From: Ramlibacter sp.
Lineage (GTDB): Bacteria > Pseudomonadota > Gammaproteobacteria > Burkholderiales > Burkholderiaceae_C
Direction: 5' to 3'
Assembly (NCBI GenBank): GCA_046590315.1
Contig: JBKJTX010000190.1
Location: 1-53,400, forward strand
Length of the DNA stretch: 53,400 nucleotides
Positions 43,669 through 52,387 of the stretch are shown here, piece by piece. Each line of letters begins with the position of its first letter. Position 1 is the stretch's first letter. A program made the position numbers and the translations under genes. The notes beneath the pieces were generated by a model. That model was not told where the DNA came from. It searched no databases and saw only the letters and a list, made by a program, of their open reading frames with translations.

Positions 43669-44285
43669 GTGCGAGCGTAGTGGATGGTCTGGGTGCGGCT
43701 TTTGACGCCCAGCCGGCGGAACAGGCGCCAGAGGTGAACCTTGACCGTGTGTTCTGAAATCCCGAGCTCGTCGGCGATTTCGCGATTGGACAAACCCCGG
43801 TCCAGCATCACGATCAGCTGTTTCTGGCGCTTGGACAATTTGCTGTCGGTGGGGGAGAGCTCTTCGAAGCCGCCGTCGGCGTTCATCAGGGCGCGCAGCG
43901 CGTTGCCGATCTCCTGGGCCCCGGAGGACTTCTCGATGTAGATGTCGGCGCCTGCTTCGATGCACCCTTCTTCGGCATCCGCAGCGGGCGAAGCCGACAG
44001 CACTGCCAGCGGCGTGTCCGTGTAGCGCTTTTTCAGTTCATGGATGCCCGAGGTGCCGGTGGTATCGGGCAGTTTCAGGTCGAGACAGATCAGGTCCGGG
44101 TTGCCGTGCTGGCGCACTGCCGACTCGATGCCGCCGAGCCGCTCGAGCTCGATGACGTTCGCTCCAGGCCGAAGCCGGCGCAACAACATCACGACGGCCT
44201 CTCGCATCAACGGATGGTCGTCGATGACGTAAAGGTTCATCGGCTTGGGGGTGGGTTTGATTTCGGGTTTTGTTTCAGTCGCCAT
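43647..44285 (-). CDS. NarL/LuxR-family response regulator
   Basis: YVIDDHPLMR, LDLKLPD, LSKRQKQL...GLSNREIADELGISEHTVKVHL. Confidence 0.92.
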   Translation of the reverse strand: MATETKPEIKPTPKPMNLYVIDDHPLMREAVVMLLRRLRPGANVIELERLGGIESAVRQHGNPDLICLDLKLPDTTGTSGIHELKKRYTDTPLAVLSASPAADAEEGCIEAGADIYIEKSSGAQEIGNALRALMNADGGFEELSPTDSKLSKRQKQLIVMLDRGLSNREIADELGISEHTVKVHLWRLFRRLGVKSRTQTIHYARTHGMLTS

Positions 44286-44345
44286 AGAACTAAGGATACC
44301 CCCGATTTGGCCGTCCTGGTTAGGGGGAATGCTTAGCCCCCAACC

Positions 44346-45644
44346 TTAAACGATGGCAAGGGCCGCGAGCGCGGCGTCCAGCTCGGCTCGCGCGACGTTT
44401 TCGGCCAACCGGAGCTGGCTACCCAGCGCCTCCCCGGCGGGGGTGCGTTTGAGCTGCGCCACCGCGCGGCCTGCCTCCTGGGGCGAGTCGAATCCCGCGC
44501 TTTGCACCAGGAGGCGCCCCGTCGCGTCAACCAGTTTGAAGTAATGCAGACCGTCGGACTCCCGGTATTGCTTGAAGGAGGGCCGTCCCGCCTTGGCAGT
44601 CTTTTCTCTTTTGCCCGACCCAGCGCCCGCTGCCAACCCCCGCAATCCCACCGCGGCCCGCAGTTCTGCCATGAAGGGCGTAGCCAGCGCGCGGGCCTTT
44701 TCGGCACCGGCGCGCAGCACGCGTTCCAGTTCTTGCGGGTTGGCCAGGAGCGCGTCGTAGCGTTCGCGCATCGGAGCGATCTCGCGGTCGATCCGCTCGA
44801 AGAGCATCTGCTTGGCGTCGCTCCATGAAACACCGTCGGCATACGCTTGGCGCAGATTGCTGGTTTCCGCGCCCGAGGCGAATGCTTCGTAAATTTGAAA
44901 TAGGGCGGAGCCTTCCGGTGACTTCGGCTCGCCCGGCGCGCGCGAATCGGTGACGATACCGGCAATCTGCTTGCGCATCTGTTCGCGCGGAGCGAAGAGC
45001 GCAATCACGTTGTCGTAGCTCTTGCTCATCTTGCGCCCGTCGGTGCCGGGCAAGAGCGCCACCGTGTCGTCGATCGCCGCTTCGGGCAGCACGAAACGCT
45101 CGCCGTACAGATGGTTGAAGCTCGACGCGATGTCGCGCGCCATCTCGATGTGCTGCACCTGGTCGCGACCGACGGGAATCTTGTGGGCCTTGAACATGAG
45201 GATGTCGGCGGCCATCAGCACGGGGTACATGAAGAGGCCGGCAGTCACGTCGGTGTCGGGCTCGGCGCTGGCCGCGTGGTTCTTGTCGACCTGGGCCTTG
45301 TACGCGTGCGCGCGATTGAGCAGACCCTTGCCGGTGACGCAGGTGAGCAGCCAGGTGAGCTCGGGAATCTCGGGGATGTCGGATTGGCGATAAAAGAAGA
45401 CGCGCCCGGGGTCCAAACCAATGGCCAACCAGCAAGCCGCGATCTCCAGCGTCGAGCGTTGCACGCGCGCCGGCTCGTCGCATTTGATAAGGGCGTGGTA
45501 GTCGGCGAGGAAGTAGAAGTTCTCGGTGCCGGGCCGGCGGCTTGCTTCGAGTGCGGGCCGCAACGCGCCGACGTAGTTGCCGATGTGGGGCGTGCCGCTG
45601 GTGGTGATGCCGGTGAGGAAACGGGTGATGGGCGGCGTGCTCAT
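44346..45644 (-). CDS. trpS: Tryptophan--tRNA ligase
   Basis: TGITTSGTPHIGNYVG, FLADYHAL, YRQSDIPE, YPVLMAADIL, PVGRDQVQHIE, KMSKS. Confidence 0.96.
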   Translation of the reverse strand: MSTPPITRFLTGITTSGTPHIGNYVGALRPALEASRRPGTENFYFLADYHALIKCDEPARVQRSTLEIAACWLAIGLDPGRVFFYRQSDIPEIPELTWLLTCVTGKGLLNRAHAYKAQVDKNHAASAEPDTDVTAGLFMYPVLMAADILMFKAHKIPVGRDQVQHIEMARDIASSFNHLYGERFVLPEAAIDDTVALLPGTDGRKMSKSYDNVIALFAPREQMRKQIAGIVTDSRAPGEPKSPEGSALFQIYEAFASGAETSNLRQAYADGVSWSDAKQMLFERIDREIAPMRERYDALLANPQELERVLRAGAEKARALATPFMAELRAAVGLRGLAAGAGSGKREKTAKAGRPSFKQYRESDGLHYFKLVDATGRLLVQSAGFDSPQEAGRAVAQLKRTPAGEALGSQLRLAENVARAELDAALAALAIV

Positions 45645-45648
45645 TGGG

Positions 45649-46317
45649 CTAGTGGAATAGCGCGGTTAAGGGGGTCAGGAGCAAGGCAATCGCCTGATAG
45701 CCAAGCGAGATCAGCGGCGTCAGCCAGTACTTGCTGACGATGCCGGCGATGACGAGTCCCATCACAATGAAGAAACCCCAGGGCTCGATCCGGCTGAACG
45801 GATACGCCAACGATCGTGGCAACAGCCCAGTCAATACGCGCCCGCCGTCCAGCGGTGGCAAGGGAAAGAGATTGAAAGCTGCCATCACGAGGTTGACCAA
45901 CACACCGGCCTGGCACATCTGAATGAAGAAGCGCTCCGTCACACCGGATCCCGCCAGCACAACATAGGCGATCGCCCAGAGCACGCCCTGAATCAGGTTG
46001 GAAACCGGGCCGGCCAGCGCCACCCAGACCATGTCGCGCTTGGGCCGGCGAAGGTTCCCGAAGTTCACGGGCACCGGCTTGGCATAGCCGAAGAGAAAGG
46101 CGCCCGACGTCGCGAAATACAGCAGCATGGGCATCAGGATGGTGCCAATGGGGTCGATGTGCTTGATCGGGTTGAGCGTCACCCGCCCCAACATGTACGC
46201 GGTGTCGTCGCCGAGCGAGCGCGCCACGTAGCCGTGGGCGGCCTCGTGGATGGTGATCGCGAAGAGCACCGGCAGCGCGTAGATCAGGACGGTTTGAATG
46301 AGGTTGTTGATATCCAC
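45649..46317 (-). CDS. Site-2 protease (M50 family)
   Basis: HEAAHG (HExxH), TLNPIKHIDPIG, VALAGP, FNLFPLPPLDGG. Confidence 0.93.
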   Translation of the reverse strand: MDINNLIQTVLIYALPVLFAITIHEAAHGYVARSLGDDTAYMLGRVTLNPIKHIDPIGTILMPMLLYFATSGAFLFGYAKPVPVNFGNLRRPKRDMVWVALAGPVSNLIQGVLWAIAYVVLAGSGVTERFFIQMCQAGVLVNLVMAAFNLFPLPPLDGGRVLTGLLPRSLAYPFSRIEPWGFFIVMGLVIAGIVSKYWLTPLISLGYQAIALLLTPLTALFH

Positions 46318-46345
46318 CCGGCAATTGTCTCAGACCGGAAGAATG

Positions 46346-46981
46346 TCATAACCCCAGCGCGGCCACGCTGCCGCGACCCTCGCGAAGGACAATCGCGTCG
46401 CCGCCCGCCCCCATGGGTGTGAGGTCGATCACTGTGGTCGGCTCCGAAGGGCAGGCCCCGGCATCGACAACGCCGGCCAACTGCTTTTCGAAACGCTCGC
46501 GGATTTCGTGCGCGTCGTTGATCGATTCCGTTTCGTGCGGCGCAATCAATGTGGTCGCGAGCAGGGGCTCGCCGTGCAAGGCGAGCAATTCTTGCAGCAC
46601 CAGGTGGTCGGGCACGCGCAGGCCGATGGTCTTGCGCTGCGGATGGCTCACGCGCCGCGGGACTTCGCGCGTGGCTTCGAGGATGAAGGTGTAGGGTCCG
46701 GGCGTGGCCGACTTGATCAGGCGGTACTGCTTGTTGTCCACCCGCGCATAGTTGGCGAGTTCACGGAGGTCGCGGCACAAGAGCGTGAGGTGGTGCTTGT
46801 CGTCCACGTTGCGGATTTGCCGCAGTCGGTCGGCGGCTGCTTTGTCATCGAGATGGCAGGCCAGGGCGTAGCTCGAGTCGGTGGGAACGGCCAGCACGCC
46901 ACCGCGTTCGAGCAGAGCCACTGCCTGCTTCAACAATCGTGGCTGCGGATTGTGCGGATGAACTTCGAAGTACTGGGCCAT
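46346..46981 (-). CDS. yciO: YciO (Sua5/YrdC/YciO family)
   Basis: MAQYFEVHPHNPQPRL, PTDSSYAL, HHLTLLCRDL, TPGPYTFIL, RKTIGLRVP. Confidence 0.9.
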   Translation of the reverse strand: MAQYFEVHPHNPQPRLLKQAVALLERGGVLAVPTDSSYALACHLDDKAAADRLRQIRNVDDKHHLTLLCRDLRELANYARVDNKQYRLIKSATPGPYTFILEATREVPRRVSHPQRKTIGLRVPDHLVLQELLALHGEPLLATTLIAPHETESINDAHEIRERFEKQLAGVVDAGACPSEPTTVIDLTPMGAGGDAIVLREGRGSVAALGL

Positions 46982-46990
46982 GGTTGGCTG

Positions 46991-47884
46991 CTAAGCCTCA
47001 ATCAGTTCTCTGGCGACTCGGCCCTCGCGCACCGTGAGCCAGGCGCCGCCCGCGCCACACACCGCAATCATCGCCATGCCCACCAGCGCCCAGCCATCGG
47101 GCACATGCGAAAACACGAGCCAGCCTCCCAGCATGGCGAAGGCGATCTGGGTGTAGAGGTACGGGGTGAGAGTAGCGGCCGGCGCCCGCTGGTACGCCAG
47201 TATCAGCAAAAAGTGGCCCACGGTCGCCATCAAGCCCATGAAGCAGAGAAGGACCCACAGCCGCCAGTCGGGCAGCCAGGTCCAGACAAAGGGCAGGGCG
47301 AGCGACGCGATCAGCGCGCCCACCCATCCGGTGTAAAGCTGCAGGGTCATCGGGTCTTCGGTTCGCGCGAGCTTGCTGGTCAGAACCTGGAACCAGGCGT
47401 TGGTACCCACCAGGCCAAGCGGCAACAGGCTGGCCCAATGGAAAGTCTCGCCGCCAGGCCGGATGATGATCAGCGTGCCGGCAAATCCGCCCGCAACGAA
47501 CGCCCAGCGCGCAACGGAGACCTTCTCTTTCAGCACCGTGGCGGCGAGCACCGTGATGGCCAATGGGGCGATCATCACGATGGCGGTGAACTCGCCGACT
47601 GGCATGTATTTGAGACTGGCGAATGCAAACAGGCTGCTTGCCAGCAGGAGCACGCCGCGCAGCACCTGGAATTTGGGATGAAGCGTCCGCAGCACCGACG
47701 TGCCGCGCAGCGGCAGCACGGCCGCGGTGGTGGCGAGTGCCTGGAAGGCATAGCGGAACCAGAGCGCCATCAGCAAAGGCACGGCTGCGCTGATGAATTT
47801 GGTGGTGGTATCCAGCACCGAGAAGCACGCGCCCGCCGCCACGACCAATGCAATGCCGGCCAACGACTGGTTGGGCCGCGTCAC
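46991..47884 (-). CDS. DMT/EamA family transporter
   Basis: Start GTG 47884 (overlaps the upstream stop); about 10 TMs; LKEKV, IIRPG, AYQRAPAATLTPYLYTQI. Confidence 0.88.
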   Translation of the reverse strand: MTRPNQSLAGIALVVAAGACFSVLDTTTKFISAAVPLLMALWFRYAFQALATTAAVLPLRGTSVLRTLHPKFQVLRGVLLLASSLFAFASLKYMPVGEFTAIVMIAPLAITVLAATVLKEKVSVARWAFVAGGFAGTLIIIRPGGETFHWASLLPLGLVGTNAWFQVLTSKLARTEDPMTLQLYTGWVGALIASLALPFVWTWLPDWRLWVLLCFMGLMATVGHFLLILAYQRAPAATLTPYLYTQIAFAMLGGWLVFSHVPDGWALVGMAMIAVCGAGGAWLTVREGRVARELIEA

Positions 47885-48732
47885 TGGATACGGTCGGCCA
47901 GCACTTCCCAAATGGGCGTCAGCTGGCCGGGCAAAAAGGGCAGTTGGCCCAGGTCGGTATGGCTCTCCTCGGGGCTGTGGAAGTCGCTGCCGCGCGAGGC
48001 GGCCAGTCCGTACTCGCGCGCGGTTTCGGCGTAAGTCACGTACTCGGCGGCCGTGTGGCTGCCGGTGATCACCTCCACGCCCGTACCGCCGTGCGCCTTG
48101 AACTCCAGGAACAGCGCGTACTCCTCATTCGCGCTGAGGTGATAGCGTGCGGGGTGAGCGATGACGGCGGCGCCGCCGGCGCGCGTGATCCACTGAACCG
48201 CGTCCTTGAGCGATGCCCAGCGATGCGACACGTAACCCGGCTTGCCCTCCACCAGGAAGCGGCGGAACACCTCACTGGTGTCGGCGCAAACACCGCTCTC
48301 CACCAGGAAGCGCGCGAAGTGGGTACGCGAAATCAGTTCCGGATTGCTCACATACTTGAGCGCGCCGTCGTACGCGTCCTTGATGCCGGACTTGGCCAGG
48401 CCTTCGGCTATGTCGCGCGCCCGCGCGTTGCGGCCGCCGCGCGTTTGCATGAGGCCGCTCTGCATCTGCGCATCGTCAGGGTCGAAGCCAAAGCCCAGGA
48501 TATGCACTGTGTGCTCGGCGAACGTCACCGAGATCTCGGTGCCCGTGAGGTATTTCATGCCGTGCGCGCGCGCGGCATCGGCGGCTCGGCGCTGCCCGCT
48601 GATCTCGTCATGGTCGGTCAGCGCCCACAGCTCGACGCCATTGGCCGCGGCGCGCGCCGCGAGCGCTTCGGGGGTGAGGGTGCCGTCGGATACCACAGAG
48701 TGGCAGTGCAGGTCAGCGTTGAGAATGGACAC
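47881..48732 (-). CDS. PHP-domain 3',5'-nucleoside bisphosphate phosphatase (YciV/TrpH-like)
   Basis: DLHCHSVVSDG, ALTDHD, GTEIS, RTHFAR, AHPARY, GSDFH. Confidence 0.9.
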   Translation of the reverse strand: MSILNADLHCHSVVSDGTLTPEALAARAAANGVELWALTDHDEISGQRRAADAARAHGMKYLTGTEISVTFAEHTVHILGFGFDPDDAQMQSGLMQTRGGRNARARDIAEGLAKSGIKDAYDGALKYVSNPELISRTHFARFLVESGVCADTSEVFRRFLVEGKPGYVSHRWASLKDAVQWITRAGGAAVIAHPARYHLSANEEYALFLEFKAHGGTGVEVITGSHTAAEYVTYAETAREYGLAASRGSDFHSPEESHTDLGQLPFLPGQLTPIWEVLADRIQ

Positions 48733-48807
48733 GCCCTATTTTAGGCTGGCGCTTTGCGCGAGGGGTCATGGACAAAGGATGTCCTGACACGTTCGGGTCC
48801 TTCGGGG

Positions 48808-49482
48808 CTAGTTAAGTGCACCGGCCTCACGGCGAATGTCAGTCATGGTGGCCAACGCGCACTCGATGGCGAGCCTGATGCCTTCCACGATTTCGCCGAG
48901 CCCCATCGACGGCGCGCCCTGGCCCGAAAGCCAAGGCACGTGGATCAGCCCGCCGCGGGTGTGGGCCAGTTCGGGGCGCGTTGCGAGTTCGTCCATCAGC
49001 GCGTAGAAGACATGGTTGCACACGAACGTGCCTGCACTCTGCGAAACCTCGACAGCCAAGCCGGCACCTTGGAGTGCCGACAGCATCGCTTTGATCGGCA
49101 GCGTGGTGAAGTAAGCCGCCGGGCCGCCGGCAACGACCGGCGTGTCGATGGGTTGGACTTGGGCGTTGTCCGCAATCCGCGCATCGTTCACATTGATCGC
49201 GACCCGTTCCAGCGAGAGCGCGGGGCGCCCGCCCGCCTGACCGGTGCAGATGACGAGGTCGGGCCTGTGCCTCAGCAGCAGGCCGCGCAGCACGTCAAGT
49301 GAGCGGTTGAACACGGTGGGCAGCTGGGCGCCAATGACGCGGTGGCCGCCGATCAGCCGGCCGTGCAGCGCTTGTGCGGCCATCCAGCTCGGGTTCACCG
49401 TGTCCTCGCCGAAGGGCTCAAAGCCGGTGACCAGCACGATAGGGACGCGGCGCACTCCTACAGCTGTTGTCGATACCATCAT
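48808..49482 (-). CDS. pcp: Pyroglutamyl-peptidase I
   Basis: LVTGFEPFG, NPSW, GQAGGR, ERVAIN (Glu), SAGTFVCN (Cys), IHVP (His). Start uncertain. Confidence 0.93.
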   Translation of the reverse strand: MMVSTTAVGVRRVPIVLVTGFEPFGEDTVNPSWMAAQALHGRLIGGHRVIGAQLPTVFNRSLDVLRGLLLRHRPDLVICTGQAGGRPALSLERVAINVNDARIADNAQVQPIDTPVVAGGPAAYFTTLPIKAMLSALQGAGLAVEVSQSAGTFVCNHVFYALMDELATRPELAHTRGGLIHVPWLSGQGAPSMGLGEIVEGIRLAIECALATMTDIRREAGALN

Positions 49483-49525
49483 GTGACTGTACCGTAGCGG
49501 ACAAACCGCATATCAGGAGAACACC

Positions 49526-50404
49526 ATGCGCTGGGAAGGAAATCGCGAATCGAGCAACGTGGAAGACGCGCGCGGCAGCGGCGGCGGCGGGGGCGGAGGC
49601 TTCGGCCTCGGCGGGGGGAAGCTGGGCATCGGCGCTATCGTGATTGCGCTGGTTGGCGGCGCAATCTTCGGCATCAACCCGCTCACTATTCTGGGTATGT
49701 TGGGCGGTGGCGAAGGCCCGGCGCAAGTCCAGCAGGGGCCTACCCATGCGCCGCCAGCGGACGACCGCGGCGCGAAGTTCGTGTCGGTCGTGCTGGCGGA
49801 TACGGAAGACGTCTGGACCAAAGTGTTCCAGGCCGGCGGAGCCACCTACCATGCGCCCAAACTGGTGCTGTTTCGCGGCGGGGTTGCCACGGGTTGCGGC
49901 ACGGGCCAGAGCGCGATGGGCCCGTTTTACTGTCCGGCCGACAAGAAGGTCTATATCGACCTGGGGTTCTACGACACGATGCGCACCCGGCTGGGCGCGC
50001 CCGGCGAATTCGCCCAAGCCTATGTGATTGCCCACGAGGTCGGTCACCATATACAGAACGAACTCGGCATCAGCGGCAAGGTGGACGCCGCGCGCGGCCG
50101 CATGAGCCAGACCCAGGCCAACGCCCTGAGCGTACGCGTGGAACTGCAGGCCGATTGCTTCGCGGGCGCCTGGGCCCATCACTCGCAGCAGGGCAAGAAG
50201 TGGTTGGACCCGGGCGACATTGAAGCGGCCATGAATGCTGCCGCCAAGATCGGTGACGACGCGCTGCAACGCTCGTCCGGCCGCAGTGTCGTGCCCGAGA
50301 GCTTCACGCATGGCTCCAGCGCGCAGCGGCAAAAGTGGTTCAACACGGGCTACCAGAGCGGCAGCGTCAAGGCCTGCGACACGTTTGCGACCAACAGCCT
50401 CTGA
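49526..50404 (+). CDS. ypfJ: Neutral zinc metallopeptidase (YpfJ family)
   Basis: MRWEGNRESSNVED, GPFYCPAD, AHEVGHHIQ (HExxH), ELQADC, PESFTHG. Confidence 0.92.
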   Translation: MRWEGNRESSNVEDARGSGGGGGGGFGLGGGKLGIGAIVIALVGGAIFGINPLTILGMLGGGEGPAQVQQGPTHAPPADDRGAKFVSVVLADTEDVWTKVFQAGGATYHAPKLVLFRGGVATGCGTGQSAMGPFYCPADKKVYIDLGFYDTMRTRLGAPGEFAQAYVIAHEVGHHIQNELGISGKVDAARGRMSQTQANALSVRVELQADCFAGAWAHHSQQGKKWLDPGDIEAAMNAAAKIGDDALQRSSGRSVVPESFTHGSSAQRQKWFNTGYQSGSVKACDTFATNSL

Positions 50405-50530
50405 CCCGGGATTTGGGGCCGGCCTGACGGCGGCCCGGTAGTTCAGCATAGGGCTATGGCTGAGTTTCAGGCGGCTGCGCCGGCTTTCTGCCGCGGTGCG
50501 ACAATAGCGGGTTGTCACCCGACCGTCCGA

Positions 50531-51967
50531 ATGCCTAGTTCATTTTCAAAATTATCGCTGGCTGAACCGCTGGCCCGTGCCGTAGCCGAGATGGGCTACG
50601 AGCAAATGACCCCGATCCAAGCCCAGGCCATCCCCGTGGTGCTGTCCGGCAAAGATGTGATGGGCGCCGCTCAGACCGGCACCGGCAAGACCGCAGCATT
50701 CACGCTGCCTCTCTTGCAGCGCATGCTCAAGCACGAGAACGCGTCGACTTCGCCGGCGCGTCATCCGGTGCGCGCGCTGGTCTTGTTGCCCACGCGCGAG
50801 CTGGCAGATCAGGTCGCGCAGCAAGTCAAGCTGTACGCCAAGTACACCAATCTGCGCAGCGCCGTGGTGTTCGGCGGCATCGACATGAAACCGCAAACCC
50901 TCGAATTGAAAAAGGGCGTCGAGGTGCTGGTCGCCACGCCGGGTCGTTTGCTCGATCACATCGAGGCCAAGACCGCCGTGTTGAACCAGGTCGAGTATGT
51001 GGTGCTCGACGAAGCCGACCGCATGCTGGACATCGGTTTTCTGCCGGACTTGCAGCGCATCCTCTCGTATCTGCCAAAGCAGCGCACAACGCTGCTGTTC
51101 TCCGCGACCTTCTCGGCCGAGATCAAGCGCCTGGCCAACAGCTACCTGCAGGACCCGGTGACCATTGAGGTCGATCGGCCCAACCAGGAAGCATCGACCG
51201 TCGAACAGCATTTCTATAGCGTGTCCGATGATGAGAAGCGGCACGCCCTCAAGCAGATCGTGCGTCAGCGTGGCCTGAAGCAAGCATTTGTCTTCGTCAA
51301 CAGCAAGCTCGGATGCGCGCGGCTGGCCCGTTCGCTGGAGCGCGAAGGCCTCAACACCACGGCTTTGCACGGCGACAAGAGCCAGGACGAGCGCCTGAAG
51401 GCACTCGCCGCGTTCAAGTCAGGCGAGGTCGACTTGCTGGTCGCCACCGACGTCGCGGCGCGCGGCCTCGACATCAAGGATGTGCCGGCAGTGTTCAACT
51501 TCGACGTGCCGTTCAATGCCGAAGACTACATCCACCGCATCGGCCGCACGGGCCGCGCCGGCGCCTCGGGCCTGGCCGTCACCTTTGTCTCCAGCAACGA
51601 CATGCGCCTGGTGGGCGACATCGAAAAGCTGCTCAAGCGCAAGATTGAACTCGAGGCTATCGAGTTCGACGAGGACCAGCCCCACGGCCGCATCAACGAC
51701 GGCCGCCGCGCTTGGCGGGAGGCCGGCGAGGTGGGCGATCCGCGCGACGTGCTAGACGCACCGCGCGAACGCGAGCGCGCTGCGCGGCCCCAACGCGAAT
51801 ACCGCGCAGCCCCAGCGCCGCGCGATCCGTTTTTCGACCTGCCTTACGAAGCGCCGGTTACCGAGCAGGCGCCGGCATGGGAGGCCGGCGCCAAGCCCGC
51901 GTCCAGCCGCGTGTCGGCCAACATCAAGACCAAGCGCAAGGTGGCGGCGCTGTTCAAGTCGGAATAG
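50531..51967 (+). CDS. DEAD-box RNA helicase (RhlE-like)
   Basis: Start refined to ATG 50531. TPIQ, AQTGTGKT, PTRELA, TPGRL, DEAD, SAT, ARGLD, HRIGRTGRAG. Confidence 0.95.
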   Translation: MPSSFSKLSLAEPLARAVAEMGYEQMTPIQAQAIPVVLSGKDVMGAAQTGTGKTAAFTLPLLQRMLKHENASTSPARHPVRALVLLPTRELADQVAQQVKLYAKYTNLRSAVVFGGIDMKPQTLELKKGVEVLVATPGRLLDHIEAKTAVLNQVEYVVLDEADRMLDIGFLPDLQRILSYLPKQRTTLLFSATFSAEIKRLANSYLQDPVTIEVDRPNQEASTVEQHFYSVSDDEKRHALKQIVRQRGLKQAFVFVNSKLGCARLARSLEREGLNTTALHGDKSQDERLKALAAFKSGEVDLLVATDVAARGLDIKDVPAVFNFDVPFNAEDYIHRIGRTGRAGASGLAVTFVSSNDMRLVGDIEKLLKRKIELEAIEFDEDQPHGRINDGRRAWREAGEVGDPRDVLDAPRERERAARPQREYRAAPAPRDPFFDLPYEAPVTEQAPAWEAGAKPASSRVSANIKTKRKVAALFKSE

Positions 51968-51970
51968 TCT

Positions 51971-52387
51971 TCACTCGTGCGCCAACTCGTCCAGGATCGG
52001 ACAGTCCGGCCGCTCGTCGCCATGGCAGCAGTGCACCAGATGCTGCAGCGTTTTGCGCATGGCCGCCATCTCGGCCATCTTGGTGTCGAGCGCCTGCAGA
52101 TGTTCTTGCGCGATGCGTTTGACGTTCGCGCTGGAGCGGCGCTGGTTCTGCCACAGCTTTAACAGATCCGCGATCTCGGCCATGCTGAAGCCCAGGTCGC
52201 GTGCGCGGCGGATGAAGCGCAGCGTATGCACTTCCTTGTCGGTGTACTGGCGGTAGCCGGCGTCCGTGCGCGCGATGGCGGGTAAAAGCGCCAGCGACTC
52301 GTAGTGCCGCACCATCTTGGCTGAGAGGTTGGCGAGCCTGGCGGCTTCGCCCACGTTGTAAGGGCCGGGGTGGAGCTGACTCTTCAT
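51971..52387 (-). CDS. cueR: Cu(I)-responsive MerR-family regulator
   Basis: SAKMVRHYE, GYRQY, RARDLGFS, CCHGDERPDCPIL copper site; coupled to the P-type ATPase gene. Confidence 0.93.
   Translation of the reverse strand: MKSQLHPGPYNVGEAARLANLSAKMVRHYESLALLPAIARTDAGYRQYTDKEVHTLRFIRRARDLGFSMAEIADLLKLWQNQRRSSANVKRIAQEHLQALDTKMAEMAAMRKTLQHLVHCCHGDERPDCPILDELAHE

Noticed and set aside
46508-48034. 508-aa plus-strand ORF
   Set aside because: Antisense to the well-supported yciO, EamA and PHP genes, with no motifs.
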